Shown one piece after another: positions 49,736 to 60,338 of a stretch of 64,000 nt of DNA. The translations under genes were made by a program, and so were the position numbers. The notes under the pieces were generated by a model. That model saw nothing but the letters and a program-made list of their open reading frames with translations, was not told the origin of the DNA and did no database searches. This DNA comes from Spirochaetaceae bacterium (lineage in GTDB: Bacteria > Spirochaetota > Spirochaetia > DSM-27196 > PWMO01). Position 1 is the stretch's first letter; each line of letters opens with the position of its first letter. The DNA is taken from NCBI GenBank assembly GCA_007693485.1, contig REDM01000178.1:7092-71091 (forward strand), written 5' to 3'.

Positions 49736-51414
49736 TGCATCGTGTATGGCGTATCTCTCTGGTGGCACTGGTGCTCGTGTCGGCGACGGTTTCGGCGCAG
49801 CAGGGGGCGGCTCCGCAACAGAGCGATCGCACCCGCGGCAGCGGCCCGCAGGACACCGACATCACCTTGCCGGAGACCTTCCTCGAAGTCGAAGAGGTTC
49901 TGATCGAACGGGTCGAGGCGGTTCTTCCTCAACCGGCCGATCTGCTTCCCGCAGTCCAGACGGTGCCGCTTCCGACCGAAGAGGAGCTTCGGATCTCCGA
50001 CGGTCTGTTCGATATTCCGGGTATCGACGATCCGACCTTTCGCTCCGACGGTGGGGGAGAGTCATCCTTCTTTTCAGACGGCGTGCTCGGAACCGGCAGT
50101 AACTACCATATCCTCGGCTCCTTGACGCTGTTCAAGCTGGGAACGGATCCTCGGTTTCGGTTCCAGTTTGCCCATGAGAGCATCGACGGGTTTCAGTTTT
50201 CGGGGCCGGGCAGGGGGTTCTTTGAACGGGAAGACACCATCGAGGGGTGGATCGCATCGAGCGTGACCTCGCGCTTGAGAGCAGAAGGCGAAGCTCGCTT
50301 CTTCCAGCGCGAGATTGGTCTTCAGAATCAACCCGATCTCTTCTATTCAGCCGGCCACCGCTCGTTGTCCGGCAGCGCCCTCATGGAGTACTCGCTGTTC
50401 AACCGGGTGACGCTGGGCCTGCAGACCGAAGCAGCTTTTGTTGAGCGCATCTTCACCGTGAAGGACCCGGCGCTCGATCCTCCGCGGCAAGATGAGATCT
50501 CGGTACAACCGGCAATCTTTCTCGCGTTTCGCAGTAACCGCGTGCTGGTACGCGCAGACGGCGAGTACGAGTACCGCTCCTTTGGTGGGGGTGATCTCAC
50601 CACCGACCAGGCTGGTGCGGCTTCGCTGACCGCCGAAGTGTCCGTACGAGACGCGCTTTTTCTGGAAGCAACCGGCGGGACTCGCATCTCAGCCGCCGAC
50701 GGGTTGCTGTTCCCCTTCCGGGTCGCAGCCACCGCAAACCTCGACGACACACTCACCCTGTCTGCCGAGGGCGGGTACCGGGTGGTGCCGCCGCGGTTCT
50801 TCGATCTGTGGCAGCGGTTCCCGCTGCTCAGTTTTGGCCCGGAGGATCGTCGAAGGCCCGCGTCGGAGCGCGCCTGGTACGGTGCGGTCCACGGTGCCCT
50901 GGCTACGGCCGACCGGCGAGTCTCGTTGGAAGCGGGGGCCGAGTTCGCGGTTCGTTCCTACGCGCTCAATCTCGCCCCCTTCGACGCCGTGGGGGATGCC
51001 ACCTTTGGATTACTGCAGGAAGAACATACGACGCTCACGCCGGAAGTGGTGCTCACCTGGCGACCCGGTGTGGTTCAGTTTTCCGCGGGATGGGAGGCCA
51101 ACCTCCTGGATCGCTCGGTGTTTGCTCCTGAGCAGAGTCTGAGTGCGGGGCTGGAGGTTATCCACGCTTCGGAACGGTTTGGCGCAAACGTCGCCGCGCG
51201 TGCAGACCTGTTTGACGATGCAACGCTTCCGCGCCTGGGAGCAGGAGGCTTTTTCAACGTTGCCCGCGGGGTGCAGTTTCAGTTGGAACTGCGTGACCTG
51301 CTGGCGCCTGCCCTTCCTGACGGGCGACCGCAGATTGGCAGCGATGTCTCGTCCAATTTCCCCTTCATTGAACCCGGCTTCCGGGTCATCCTCAAAGCGA
51401 ACGTATCCCTCTAA
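49735..51414 (+). CDS. putative outer-membrane beta-barrel protein
   Basis: Signal peptide, alternating amphipathic strands, terminal strand GFRVILKANVSL; next to exbBD-tonB. Confidence 0.6.
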   Translation: MHRVWRISLVALVLVSATVSAQQGAAPQQSDRTRGSGPQDTDITLPETFLEVEEVLIERVEAVLPQPADLLPAVQTVPLPTEEELRISDGLFDIPGIDDPTFRSDGGGESSFFSDGVLGTGSNYHILGSLTLFKLGTDPRFRFQFAHESIDGFQFSGPGRGFFEREDTIEGWIASSVTSRLRAEGEARFFQREIGLQNQPDLFYSAGHRSLSGSALMEYSLFNRVTLGLQTEAAFVERIFTVKDPALDPPRQDEISVQPAIFLAFRSNRVLVRADGEYEYRSFGGGDLTTDQAGAASLTAEVSVRDALFLEATGGTRISAADGLLFPFRVAATANLDDTLTLSAEGGYRVVPPRFFDLWQRFPLLSFGPEDRRRPASERAWYGAVHGALATADRRVSLEAGAEFAVRSYALNLAPFDAVGDATFGLLQEEHTTLTPEVVLTWRPGVVQFSAGWEANLLDRSVFAPEQSLSAGLEVIHASERFGANVAARADLFDDATLPRLGAGGFFNVARGVQFQLELRDLLAPALPDGRPQIGSDVSSNFPFIEPGFRVILKANVSL

Positions 51415-51425
51415 GGAGAACTTCT

Positions 51426-52049
51426 ATGCTCATGCTCATTGAACGTGGCGGACTGATCATGATTCTCATTCTCTCGCTCTCGGTGGTCGCGGCTGCGATC
51501 ATCATCGAGCGTCTGCTGTTCTTCCGCCGGATCAAGAGCGATCAGAGCGTGGTAGTAAACGGATTGAAAGAAGCGGTGTCTCAGGGACGCTTCGCTGAGG
51601 CGGACGTTATCTGTAAGAACAACGATTCACCACTCACGCGACTGGCGCGTATCGCGATCGAAAACCGGCGCCGCAGCGAAGAATCGATCCAGGCCGCGGT
51701 AAGCGAAGCGGCCAATATGGAAATTCCCAAGATGGAGCGATACCTTACGTCATTAGGGACCATCGCCCACATTTCCCCTCTGCTGGGACTGTTGGGTACG
51801 GTCACCGGGAATATTCAGGCGTTTGGCGTGCTCGGGGGCTTTGAAGCGGCTGGAGGCAACCCCGCGTTGCTGGCGCGTGGCATCTCCGAGGCTTTGTTGA
51901 CAACGGCTGCGGGAATTATTGTGTCAATTCCGGCGATCACCTTCTACAACTACCTGGTGAATCGGGTGAATCATCTGATCATCAGCATGGAGAATCAGGT
52001 CAACGCGATCGTGCGGGAAATGAAGCGGGAAGGGCGGAATGCAGTTTAG
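51426..52049 (+). CDS. exbB: MotA/TolQ/ExbB proton channel
   Basis: SPLLGLLGTVTG and GISEALLTTAAG. Confidence 0.88.
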   Translation: MLMLIERGGLIMILILSLSVVAAAIIIERLLFFRRIKSDQSVVVNGLKEAVSQGRFAEADVICKNNDSPLTRLARIAIENRRRSEESIQAAVSEAANMEIPKMERYLTSLGTIAHISPLLGLLGTVTGNIQAFGVLGGFEAAGGNPALLARGISEALLTTAAGIIVSIPAITFYNYLVNRVNHLIISMENQVNAIVREMKREGRNAV

Positions 52050-52449
52050 ACGACGGCTGCGACCGAATGCCAACGTCGATCTCATTCCCATGATCGATGT
52101 GGTGTTCCAACTCGTGGTCTTTTTCATGGTCTCGAGCACCTTCATCATGACGCCGGGGATTGCCCTCGATCTGCCGCAGTCCACCTCCGCCGAGCCGGTG
52201 GTCATGGATCGGCTGGTCATCACGGTGGTGTCGACCGACGAGCTCTATCTGAACCGTCGTCGACTCGATCTGGTGGGATTGGACGGAGCGCTTTCCGAGC
52301 TCGGCGGCAATCGCGATGAGCAGGCAACGCTCAGTGTCATCATCGAAGGCGACCAGAGCGTTCCGTACAATTTGATGGTCCAGGTGCTCGACCTTCTGCG
52401 CCGGAACGGATTCCGGGCGGTGAACCTTCGAACCCTGGAAGCCAACTGA
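52039..52449 (+). CDS. exbD: ExbD/TolR protein
   Basis: LIPMIDVVFQLVVFFMV. Confidence 0.9.
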   Translation: MQFRRRLRPNANVDLIPMIDVVFQLVVFFMVSSTFIMTPGIALDLPQSTSAEPVVMDRLVITVVSTDELYLNRRRLDLVGLDGALSELGGNRDEQATLSVIIEGDQSVPYNLMVQVLDLLRRNGFRAVNLRTLEAN

Positions 52450-52465
52450 GGGGGGCGGTACGCAC

Positions 52466-53551
52466 ATGAGCGAATTCGCCGGTGGTGACGATCGACAACG
52501 ACTTGGCCTCGCGCTGATTATTGCGACCCTGCTGCATGTCATGGTAGGGGTAGGCACGCTCTTCGTCGATTTTGCACCCGACATCCCCCAACCGGAGTTC
52601 CCCCCGGTCCTCGTCCGCCTCGAACCAATCGATCCAATACCACCACCGCCACCGCCGCCGCGACCGACTCCGGTACCAGCACAGCCGGTACCCCAGCCGA
52701 CGCCACAGCCGACGCCACAGCCGCAACCCGCACCGGTGGTGCCTCAGCCGGCTCCCGCCCAGCCACAACAGCGGCCCGCGCAGCCGGCCCCGACGCAACC
52801 TGCTCCAACGCAACCGCGACAGCCGGCACCGAGTACCGCTCCCGCTCCAAGCACAGCCCCGGCGCCGCCACCGGCACATAACATCCCGATGCAGCAGTGG
52901 GACGCTGCGGCGCTGCAGGGTACTCCGCGCAGCGATGCTCCCCGCACCACGAGCCCGTCTCCGAGCCGTGCGGTTGATGAAGCGGCCACCGCTGCGGCGG
53001 GCGAGCTCCCCGCGTGGGCCTCACAGGCAATGGCGAGTGCGGGTATCTCAACCGCAGGCATGGAGCGGGCGGCTGTGGAGCAGGTGGCGCAGCGCGTGCA
53101 GAGCGATGCGCGTTTCCGCGAACAGCTGCTATCGGCCATCGCCGCGGTGCAGCGGGCGCCGGCAACCAGACCGTCGACGTCGGGCACTGCCGGCGGGACA
53201 ACCTCAGGAACCGACCCGGGCGGTCCCGCCCTCACCGGTGACTCCGCGGGTGGCATGATTCAGTGGTCCGACGGTGCCGGGCGTGGGGGAATACCGCGCG
53301 AACCGCGCATTACCGCGGCCATGTTCGGCGGGTCGGTTCCGGCCCGAACGGAGTTTGTGGTGCTCTTTGACGTGGGGCCAAACGGATCGGTTATACCGGG
53401 TTCTATTGTGTTCCAGACCCGTTCCGGGTACACTCGTGTCAACGAAGAGGTGCGGCGCACGATCAGCGGCTGGACCTTTCAACCCAAAGCGGGTGCATCC
53501 GTGGAGACGGCGATCGTGACCTTGATTGTCTTCCGGGAGGATGTGCTTTAA
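52466..53551 (+). CDS. TonB-like energy transducer
   Basis: TM helix with His (ATLLH), long Pro/Gln linker, C-terminal FDVGPNGSV...SGY...WTFQP. Confidence 0.75.
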   Translation: MSEFAGGDDRQRLGLALIIATLLHVMVGVGTLFVDFAPDIPQPEFPPVLVRLEPIDPIPPPPPPPRPTPVPAQPVPQPTPQPTPQPQPAPVVPQPAPAQPQQRPAQPAPTQPAPTQPRQPAPSTAPAPSTAPAPPPAHNIPMQQWDAAALQGTPRSDAPRTTSPSPSRAVDEAATAAAGELPAWASQAMASAGISTAGMERAAVEQVAQRVQSDARFREQLLSAIAAVQRAPATRPSTSGTAGGTTSGTDPGGPALTGDSAGGMIQWSDGAGRGGIPREPRITAAMFGGSVPARTEFVVLFDVGPNGSVIPGSIVFQTRSGYTRVNEEVRRTISGWTFQPKAGASVETAIVTLIVFREDVL

Positions 53552-53571
53552 AGAAAGGAACGCATTCCCCG

Positions 53572-54228
53572 ATGAAGCTCCGCGCGGTTGCCTTCGACAT
53601 CGACGGCACGCTCTACGACAACGCAATCATGCACCGACGCTCGATCTGGTTTGCGCTTCGCAACTGGAGGGTTCTCAACGCGTTTCGGCGCGTGCGTCAC
53701 GAACTTCGCCTCATTCGTCCAATCGAGAACTTCCCCCGTATGCAGGCAGAGCTGCTCGCTGGAGAACTCAAGACCACACCGGAGCGGGCGCAGGAGATCA
53801 TCCAGCAGCTCTTCTACGATACCTGGGAGCAGGTTCTGCATCGGGTGCCGTTGTGCGACGGGGTGCGCGAGACCATCGACAGTTTCCGAAGCGCCGGTCT
53901 CAAACTTGCGGTAGCCTCGGATTTTCCCGTGACGCGAAAACTCGGTATTCTGAATATCGAAGGGCTATGGAACTGCGAAATCTCGACAGAAGCGGTGGGT
54001 TACCTCAAGCCCAATCCCGAGCCGTTTCGGGCGCTTCTGGACTGTCTGGACGAACCGGCTGAATCGGTCCTTTACGTGGGCAACAGCTATCGGTACGACG
54101 TTGAAGGGGCGCGCAACGTCGGCATGCCGACAGCGCACTATACGCGTCGGGCCAGACCTGATTCGGTTGCCGATCTGTCGTTTTCGAATTACAAAATACT
54201 CCGCGATTGGGTATTGACAAAAGTCTGA
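53572..54228 (+). CDS. HAD-family hydrolase
   Basis: AFDIDGTLY, KPNPEPF and YVGNSYRYDVEGA. Confidence 0.88.
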   Translation: MKLRAVAFDIDGTLYDNAIMHRRSIWFALRNWRVLNAFRRVRHELRLIRPIENFPRMQAELLAGELKTTPERAQEIIQQLFYDTWEQVLHRVPLCDGVRETIDSFRSAGLKLAVASDFPVTRKLGILNIEGLWNCEISTEAVGYLKPNPEPFRALLDCLDEPAESVLYVGNSYRYDVEGARNVGMPTAHYTRRARPDSVADLSFSNYKILRDWVLTKV

Positions 54229-54298
54229 GATTCCATATGCATTCCCGGGTTTTTTGCGGTATAATACCCGTGGTAATTTACCCTGGGGAGGGGAACAG

Positions 54299-57200
54299 AT
54301 GGTATTCTCAGCCGGAAACGTACTCGTACTGTTTATAGTACTGGTCATCCTCGCGATTTACCGCCAACTCGACCGCAATAACCGCTCACTGGAAAAGGTC
54401 AAACGCTTCGCGGAGCGCGTGCAGGGTGATCTCGATGCCCTTGTCGAGCAGAAGGCCACAGCAATCAAGGACATGGGAATCGAGCTCGAAGTTCACCAGC
54501 GTGCGGCGCGCGAGGTCCTCAAACGGATTCAAACGCTGGAAGATGGCCTGTCCAAACGCGCGGAGCAGATCGAGAACATCGGAAACCGCATTGGTGATTA
54601 CGACACCGCCCTCGATGAGCTCCTCAAGATGACTGAGCGTGCGCAGGAAAACATCACCCGTATCAAGGACGAATCCGAATACATCGACACCGTGGGAAAG
54701 CGGCTGAAGCAGTCGCAGACGCGCATGGACGAGATTGGTACGCGGATCCCGGAGCTGGTCACCGAGTTTGCCCGGCACAACGCCGGAGAGCTCGAGAAGC
54801 TCGAAGAGTCCGTCTTCCGCAGGGCCGACGAACGGATCAACGCGCTCACCGAATCGCTTGATTCGGTTGCCTACCGCTTGAACGAGTTCGAGGAATCGGT
54901 GGCGACCGCCCGCGCGGCCAGCGACGAGGTGACCGCCGGCGCGATCGCCGATCTCGAGCGCACGGCCGAGAAAACGGTGGAGCGCCTGGCATCGAAGGGC
55001 GAAGAGGCTCACAAGGCAATCGAGCGCTACGCGGGACGCTTCTCCAAAGTGGAGCAGGACTACGAGAGTCGGCTCGAGAAGATCGCAGCGCGGGGCGAGA
55101 AGATGGAAACCGCCGCGCTCGAAAAGCTCAAGGACCATATCAAGAATCGCGTGCAGGGAGTCTCCGAAGAGTTGTCGCGGACCATCGCCGAACAGCATAA
55201 GGAAGCCGAAGCGCGGATTAAGGAAGTTCGCCTGTTGATCAACAACGGCGGAACCGCAATGAAGAGCTGGGAAGCCGAGCTGGCGACGGTTGGCAAGCAC
55301 GTTGCCGACGAGATGCAGGCGCTGCGCGACCGTCTCGCCGGGTCCACGCAGGAAGTGGAGCAGCAGGTGCTCGCCGCGGTGGAGGCTCGGATCCACGAGT
55401 TCGAGGATGCGATCTCCTACCGTGTACAGAAGATCGAAGGCGTTACCAGCGATATCGATGCCCTGGAGGCGGCGCTTCGGCAATCGATGCTGGCCGCCCA
55501 GGAGCAGGTTTCGGCCGAGTTCGACCAGTTTGGCGCCAATCTCATGGAACAGCGGGAAGCGGATCGCAGCGCAGCGGAAGCCTCGTTTGCCGCGCTGCGC
55601 GATGAGATGGCCGGCTTGGAGCAGGGGCTCAATGAGCTCAAACAGCGTGCGTACGAGAACGTCTCAGAGAAACTTCAAGGCTTTGAGGACGAATTCTTTA
55701 CCGATCTGCGCGATCGCAGCGTTGCCATCGAGGGTCGGCTTGACGAGTTCCAGACCGATCTTCGGACGCGCCTGGCCGAGATGGAGGAGCGCTACGCTGC
55801 CGAACGTGAGTCGGTGGAGGTTGGATACCGTGATCAGTTGCGTACGCGGCTGAACGAGCACCAGCAAACGGTACAGACCCGTCTGGAGACCACCAGCCGC
55901 AAGGCGGAATCCCTTGAGAAAGAGCTCGGCGTCCGGTTCGTCGAGTGGGAGCAGAGCGTCGATGGATTCCGCGAACACGCGGCCGCCGAGCTGCAGGCTG
56001 CCGGAGAAGCGGCTCGCGCCCGGTTTGAAGAAGAGCTCGAACGGCGCGCGGCAGCGATCGCGTCACAGGTTGAGTCATTCGAACGTGGCGTTGCCGGACG
56101 CGTCCAGGAGCTGGACCAGAGCGTGTCGACGCGAATCCAGGAAGTATCCACCCGGATCGATGAGACGCAGTCCGACGTTGCCCTCGCGCAGGCAAAGCTT
56201 GAGCAGCAGATTGGCGCAACCACCGACGAACTCGAACAGCAGATTGGCGACTTCCGCCGGCAGGTTACCGCGGAGATGGCCGAGTTTTCCGGTGAGGTTC
56301 GCGACAAGCGGGATCGGCTTGCGATCCAGGTTGGAGAGCTCGAGGATCGGCTGTCGACCGTGCGCAGCGACATGGACAGTCGGGTGGACGAGGTGCTGGT
56401 ACGCTTCAAGTCGCAGTACGACGATCTGGAGCGCCATCTCGGCGCACGGGCATCTGAGGTTCAGGATCAATCCGAGGAGATCTCGCGTGAGATCACCTCC
56501 CTTGTGCAGCAGACGCGCGAACAGTTCTCCGGCATGCAGCAGAAGATGCTCGGCCGGCTCCAGGACGAAACCCGCGTCATCGCGGTCAACCTCGAAGAAA
56601 TCGATAAGCGGCAGAAACAGTTTGTGGAACAGACCCGAATTTTCGAGCGGGCCGACACGCTCAAGGTTTCGCTCGAACAGAACGTCGATCAGCTGAAAAC
56701 CGAAATCGGCCGGGTGGAACAGATGCGGTCCGAAGTTCGCGAGCTCGACGGTCAGGTGGGACGGCTGCGCAAAGCAGCCGGCGAGGCGGCCGAGAAGATG
56801 GCGCGCTTTGTCGCCGAAAAGCGGAGGATTGACGCGCTGGAAGACGACTTCCGCCGCCTGATCGCCATGTCGCAGTCGATTGAGACGCGGCTCGAACAGG
56901 TGACCGCGAGCAATGATGAGGTGCAGGCAATCCAGGCACAGCTTCGGAACCTGGAGCAGATACAGAAGGAGACCGAAGAGAACTTCGGCCGGCTGGAAAA
57001 GAAACGCACCATCCTGGAGGTTACCACCGACGGAATCGACAAGAGCTTTCTGCAGCTGCAGCAGATTGAGAAGCGGATTGAAACGGTCGACGAGCGGTTG
57101 GCAACGGTTCCCAAGCGGCTCGACGATGTGACCCACACCATGCACGATCTGCTGAGTGGCAAGAAGGAGACCGAAGCGGCGGTCAAGCAGCTGGAAACCC

Positions 57201-57511
57201 TCGATACGGTGCTGAAAGACATAGAAGGTCGCATGGAGCAGCTCTCGACGGCCCGGGAATGGCTTGCCCGCACCGAAACCCGTCTCGAAGAGGTTGGACG
57301 CGAAGCGCAGGAGCAGGTTAAGTTGCTGGGGACCCTTTTGCGCGAGAACGGAAAGGGCGAAAAACCCGAGAAGGGTGCTCCGACATTGAGCGCTCGCGAT
57401 ACGGTGGTAAAACTTGCGCGTCAGGGCTGGAAGGTCGAAGAAATCTCTCGCGCCACCAAGGTCAGCCGGGGAGAGGTGGAGCTGATTCTGGAGCTGACGG
57501 GGAACCACTGA
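54299..57511 (+). CDS. SpiroCoCo-type membrane-anchored giant coiled-coil protein
   Basis: TM helix, YRQLDRNNRSLEKVK, about 1000 aa of heptads, and a C-terminal HTH-like LARQGWKVEEIS...SRGEVELILE. Confidence 0.8.
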   Translation: MVFSAGNVLVLFIVLVILAIYRQLDRNNRSLEKVKRFAERVQGDLDALVEQKATAIKDMGIELEVHQRAAREVLKRIQTLEDGLSKRAEQIENIGNRIGDYDTALDELLKMTERAQENITRIKDESEYIDTVGKRLKQSQTRMDEIGTRIPELVTEFARHNAGELEKLEESVFRRADERINALTESLDSVAYRLNEFEESVATARAASDEVTAGAIADLERTAEKTVERLASKGEEAHKAIERYAGRFSKVEQDYESRLEKIAARGEKMETAALEKLKDHIKNRVQGVSEELSRTIAEQHKEAEARIKEVRLLINNGGTAMKSWEAELATVGKHVADEMQALRDRLAGSTQEVEQQVLAAVEARIHEFEDAISYRVQKIEGVTSDIDALEAALRQSMLAAQEQVSAEFDQFGANLMEQREADRSAAEASFAALRDEMAGLEQGLNELKQRAYENVSEKLQGFEDEFFTDLRDRSVAIEGRLDEFQTDLRTRLAEMEERYAAERESVEVGYRDQLRTRLNEHQQTVQTRLETTSRKAESLEKELGVRFVEWEQSVDGFREHAAAELQAAGEAARARFEEELERRAAAIASQVESFERGVAGRVQELDQSVSTRIQEVSTRIDETQSDVALAQAKLEQQIGATTDELEQQIGDFRRQVTAEMAEFSGEVRDKRDRLAIQVGELEDRLSTVRSDMDSRVDEVLVRFKSQYDDLERHLGARASEVQDQSEEISREITSLVQQTREQFSGMQQKMLGRLQDETRVIAVNLEEIDKRQKQFVEQTRIFERADTLKVSLEQNVDQLKTEIGRVEQMRSEVRELDGQVGRLRKAAGEAAEKMARFVAEKRRIDALEDDFRRLIAMSQSIETRLEQVTASNDEVQAIQAQLRNLEQIQKETEENFGRLEKKRTILEVTTDGIDKSFLQLQQIEKRIETVDERLATVPKRLDDVTHTMHDLLSGKKETEAAVKQLETLDTVLKDIEGRMEQLSTAREWLARTETRLEEVGREAQEQVKLLGTLLRENGKGEKPEKGAPTLSARDTVVKLARQGWKVEEISRATKVSRGEVELILELTGNH

Positions 57512-57535
57512 GGTGGGCTGCGTCGTGGGAAAATC

Positions 57536-57564
57536 TTGACCAGGACTGCAGTTGTGAGTACTTT
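57536..57564 (+). promoter_or_regulatory. grpE-dnaK-dnaJ promoter
   Basis: TTGACC-N17-TACTTT. Confidence 0.55.
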
Positions 57565-57595
57565 CTAACCCACACGATCACCTACAGGGGAGACT

Positions 57596-58267
57596 ATGTC
57601 CAACCGTAAAACGGCCGGTGACTCCAGAGAGGCGGAGTCCACGGGTAGCGAAGAAACGCAGGCAGCGCCTTTGACCGCTGCGGCGGACGCTCACCAATCC
57701 GAACAACCCACGGCTGCCGAGCAGGCGAACGGCGTCGATCAGGGTGCAGATGCGGTAGCGGCAGAAGACGGGGCGTCGTCCAACGCTGCCGTCGTGGCCC
57801 TTACCGAGCGAATAGCTGAACTCGAAGCCGAAAACAGCGAGCTGAAAGACCAGTATCTCCGTAAACAGGCAGAGTTTGAGAACTTTCGCAAGCGAATGAA
57901 CCGCGATAAAGAGGATGGCATTGCATTCGCAAACAAGCAGCTCCTGCTTGACCTCGTGGCTATCATCGATGATTTTGAACGAGCGATTCTGTCCGCTGAA
58001 GAATCGCGGGATTTTGATTCGTTTCACAACGGGGTGGCGCTGATCGAAAAGCAGTTCACCGGTATGCTGGAACGAAAATGGGGTTTGAAGCGGTTTGATT
58101 CCGTCGGCGAACCGTTTGACCCGCAAAGACATGAGGCGCTGACCACCGAAGAGGTGGCCGATCATGACGAGTCAACGGTGCTCGAAGACTACCAGAAGGG
58201 GTACCTGTTGCACGATAAGGTGCTTCGGTCTGCCAAGGTGAAGGTCTCGGTTTCCGGCACCCGGTGA
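57596..58267 (+). CDS. grpE: nucleotide exchange factor GrpE
   Basis: AEFENFRKR, FDPQRHEA and GYLLHDKVLRSAKV. Confidence 0.96.
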   Translation: MSNRKTAGDSREAESTGSEETQAAPLTAAADAHQSEQPTAAEQANGVDQGADAVAAEDGASSNAAVVALTERIAELEAENSELKDQYLRKQAEFENFRKRMNRDKEDGIAFANKQLLLDLVAIIDDFERAILSAEESRDFDSFHNGVALIEKQFTGMLERKWGLKRFDSVGEPFDPQRHEALTTEEVADHDESTVLEDYQKGYLLHDKVLRSAKVKVSVSGTR

Positions 58268-58400
58268 CCGCTGCGTTCACACCGGATATTCCGCCTGGAT
58301 CGCCGAGCGTCGGACACAAAAGCCGATGTAGACGATCCTGGCTTCGCGTACGTATGTTACAGACACAACAGAGCTCGGGGAGACGAAGAGGAGTTTCGCA

Positions 58401-60317
58401 ATGGGACGCATCATAGGTATTGATCTTGGAACGACTAACTCGTGTGTAGCCGTAATGGAGGGTGGCGAGCCGGTTGTTATACAGAACTCGGAAGGACAGC
58501 GCACCACGCCCTCCATGGTGGCGTACACCGCAAAAGGTGAACGGCTCGTGGGCCAGCCAGCAAAAAACCAGATGGTAACCAACCCGGAAAACACCATCTT
58601 TTCGATCAAGCGGTTCATGGGACGGCGAAACGACGAGGTGGGGGAAGAGGTGACCATGGTCGCGTACCACATCTCCAAGGACGGCTCCGGTGGTGTGCGG
58701 GTCGATATCAACGACAAACACTACTCTCCGCCCGAGATTTCGGCGGCCATTCTCCAGAAGATGAAAGAGACTGCCGAAGACTACCTCGGTGAGAAGGTGA
58801 CCGAGGCGGTCATTACGGTCCCGGCGTATTTCAACGATGCGCAGCGGCAGGCTACCAAGGACGCCGGGCGCATTGCGGGCCTGGAAGTGAAGCGAATCGT
58901 CAATGAACCAACCGCTGCGGCGCTTGCCTACGGATTTGGGAAAGACAAGAAAGAAGAGCGCATCGCGGTGTACGACCTCGGTGGCGGTACTTTTGACGTG
59001 TCGATTCTTGAGCTCGGCGACGGCGTGTTCGAGGTCAAGTCGACCAACGGAGACACCCATCTCGGTGGTGACAACTTCGACCAGCGCATCATTGACTGGC
59101 TCATCGAGAACTTTCGCAACGACTACGGCATCGATCTCTCCAAAGACCGGATGGCGCTTCAGCGCCTCAAAGAAGCCGCCGAGAAGGCGAAAAAAGAGCT
59201 CTCCAGTACTCAGAGCACCGATATCAACCTTCCCTTCATCACCGCGGATTCTTCGGGACCCAAACACATGCAGTACGCACTGACGCGGTCCAAGTTCGAG
59301 CAGATGGTCAACGACCTCGTGCAGAAAACCAAGGAACCGTGCATCAAGGCGATGAAGGATGCCGGAGTCAAGGCCGAAGAGATCGATGAGGTGATCCTTG
59401 TTGGCGGTTCAACGCGGATCCCTGCGGTGCAGACGCTGGTCAAGGAGCTTTTCAAGCGTGATCCGCACAAAGGCGTCAATCCCGATGAGGTTGTGGCCGT
59501 TGGTGCTGCCATTCAGGGAGGAATTCTTGGTGGCGACGTGAAAGACGTGCTCCTGCTCGATGTGACCCCGCTGTCGCTGGGAATCGAGACTCTCGGTGGC
59601 GTCTTCACCCGACTCATCGAGCGAAACACCACCATCCCAACCCGCAAAAGCCAGATTTTCTCCACCGCAGCCGATGGGCAGACGGCGGTCTCCATTCACG
59701 TCCTGCAGGGTGAACGCGATATGGCTGCCCAAAACCGTACGCTGGGTCGATTTGATCTGGTGGGAATACCCGCGGCTCCCCGCGGTGTGCCTCAGATTGA
59801 GGTTTCGTTTGATATCGACGCGAACGGAATCGTCCACGTCTCCGCAAAGGATCTCGGTACCGGAACGGAACAGAAGATCCGCATTGAGTCGAGTTCGGGG
59901 CTGTCCGAGTCGGAAATTGAGAAGATGGTCAAAGAGGCCGAAACTCACGCGGAAGAGGACAAGAAGTTAAAGTCTCTCGCCGAAGCGCGAAACGAAGCCG
60001 ACAGCCTGATGTACAGCACTGAGAAATCGCTGAAAGAGTTTGGCGAAAAGATCGGCGACAGCGAGCAGGCCTCGATCACGACTGCTGTCGAAGAACTGAA
60101 GGCGGCGCTGCAAGGAGATGATCCCGAGGAGATCAAGGCAAAGACAGAGACCCTCAAGCAGGCGTCGTACAAACTCGCCGAAGAGGTCTATAAAAACGCC
60201 AACGCCCAGCAACCGCAGGACGGTGGTGAGGCGCCGCACGGCGCTTCGAGCTCCGACGGAGACAACGTAGAGGACGCCGACTACGAGGTTGTTGACGACG
60301 ACGGAAAGACCGACTGA
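58401..60317 (+). CDS. dnaK: chaperone DnaK
   Basis: [18 protein letters not shown] and [11 protein letters not shown]. Confidence 0.98.
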   Translation: MGRIIGIDLGTTNSCVAVMEGGEPVVIQNSEGQRTTPSMVAYTAKGERLVGQPAKNQMVTNPENTIFSIKRFMGRRNDEVGEEVTMVAYHISKDGSGGVRVDINDKHYSPPEISAAILQKMKETAEDYLGEKVTEAVITVPAYFNDAQRQATKDAGRIAGLEVKRIVNEPTAAALAYGFGKDKKEERIAVYDLGGGTFDVSILELGDGVFEVKSTNGDTHLGGDNFDQRIIDWLIENFRNDYGIDLSKDRMALQRLKEAAEKAKKELSSTQSTDINLPFITADSSGPKHMQYALTRSKFEQMVNDLVQKTKEPCIKAMKDAGVKAEEIDEVILVGGSTRIPAVQTLVKELFKRDPHKGVNPDEVVAVGAAIQGGILGGDVKDVLLLDVTPLSLGIETLGGVFTRLIERNTTIPTRKSQIFSTAADGQTAVSIHVLQGERDMAAQNRTLGRFDLVGIPAAPRGVPQIEVSFDIDANGIVHVSAKDLGTGTEQKIRIESSSGLSESEIEKMVKEAETHAEEDKKLKSLAEARNEADSLMYSTEKSLKEFGEKIGDSEQASITTAVEELKAALQGDDPEEIKAKTETLKQASYKLAEEVYKNANAQQPQDGGEAPHGASSSDGDNVEDADYEVVDDDGKTD

Positions 60318-60338
60318 CGTCGCGAAAGGGTACCGACG

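Noticed and set aside
52640-52875. Pro/Gln-rich repetitive DNA
   Set aside because: It is the coding linker of the TonB-like protein, not a DNA element.
54386-57508. Long minus-strand ORFs opposite the coiled-coil gene
   Set aside because: Antisense shadows with no independent signal.
57512-57595. CIRCE element upstream of grpE-dnaK-dnaJ
   Set aside because: No TTAGCACTC-N9-GAGTGCTAA match and no hrcA in the window.
58056-59267. 403 aa minus-strand ORF resembling 'NAD-specific glutamate dehydrogenase' annotations
   Set aside because: It is the well-known antisense shadow of dnaK.
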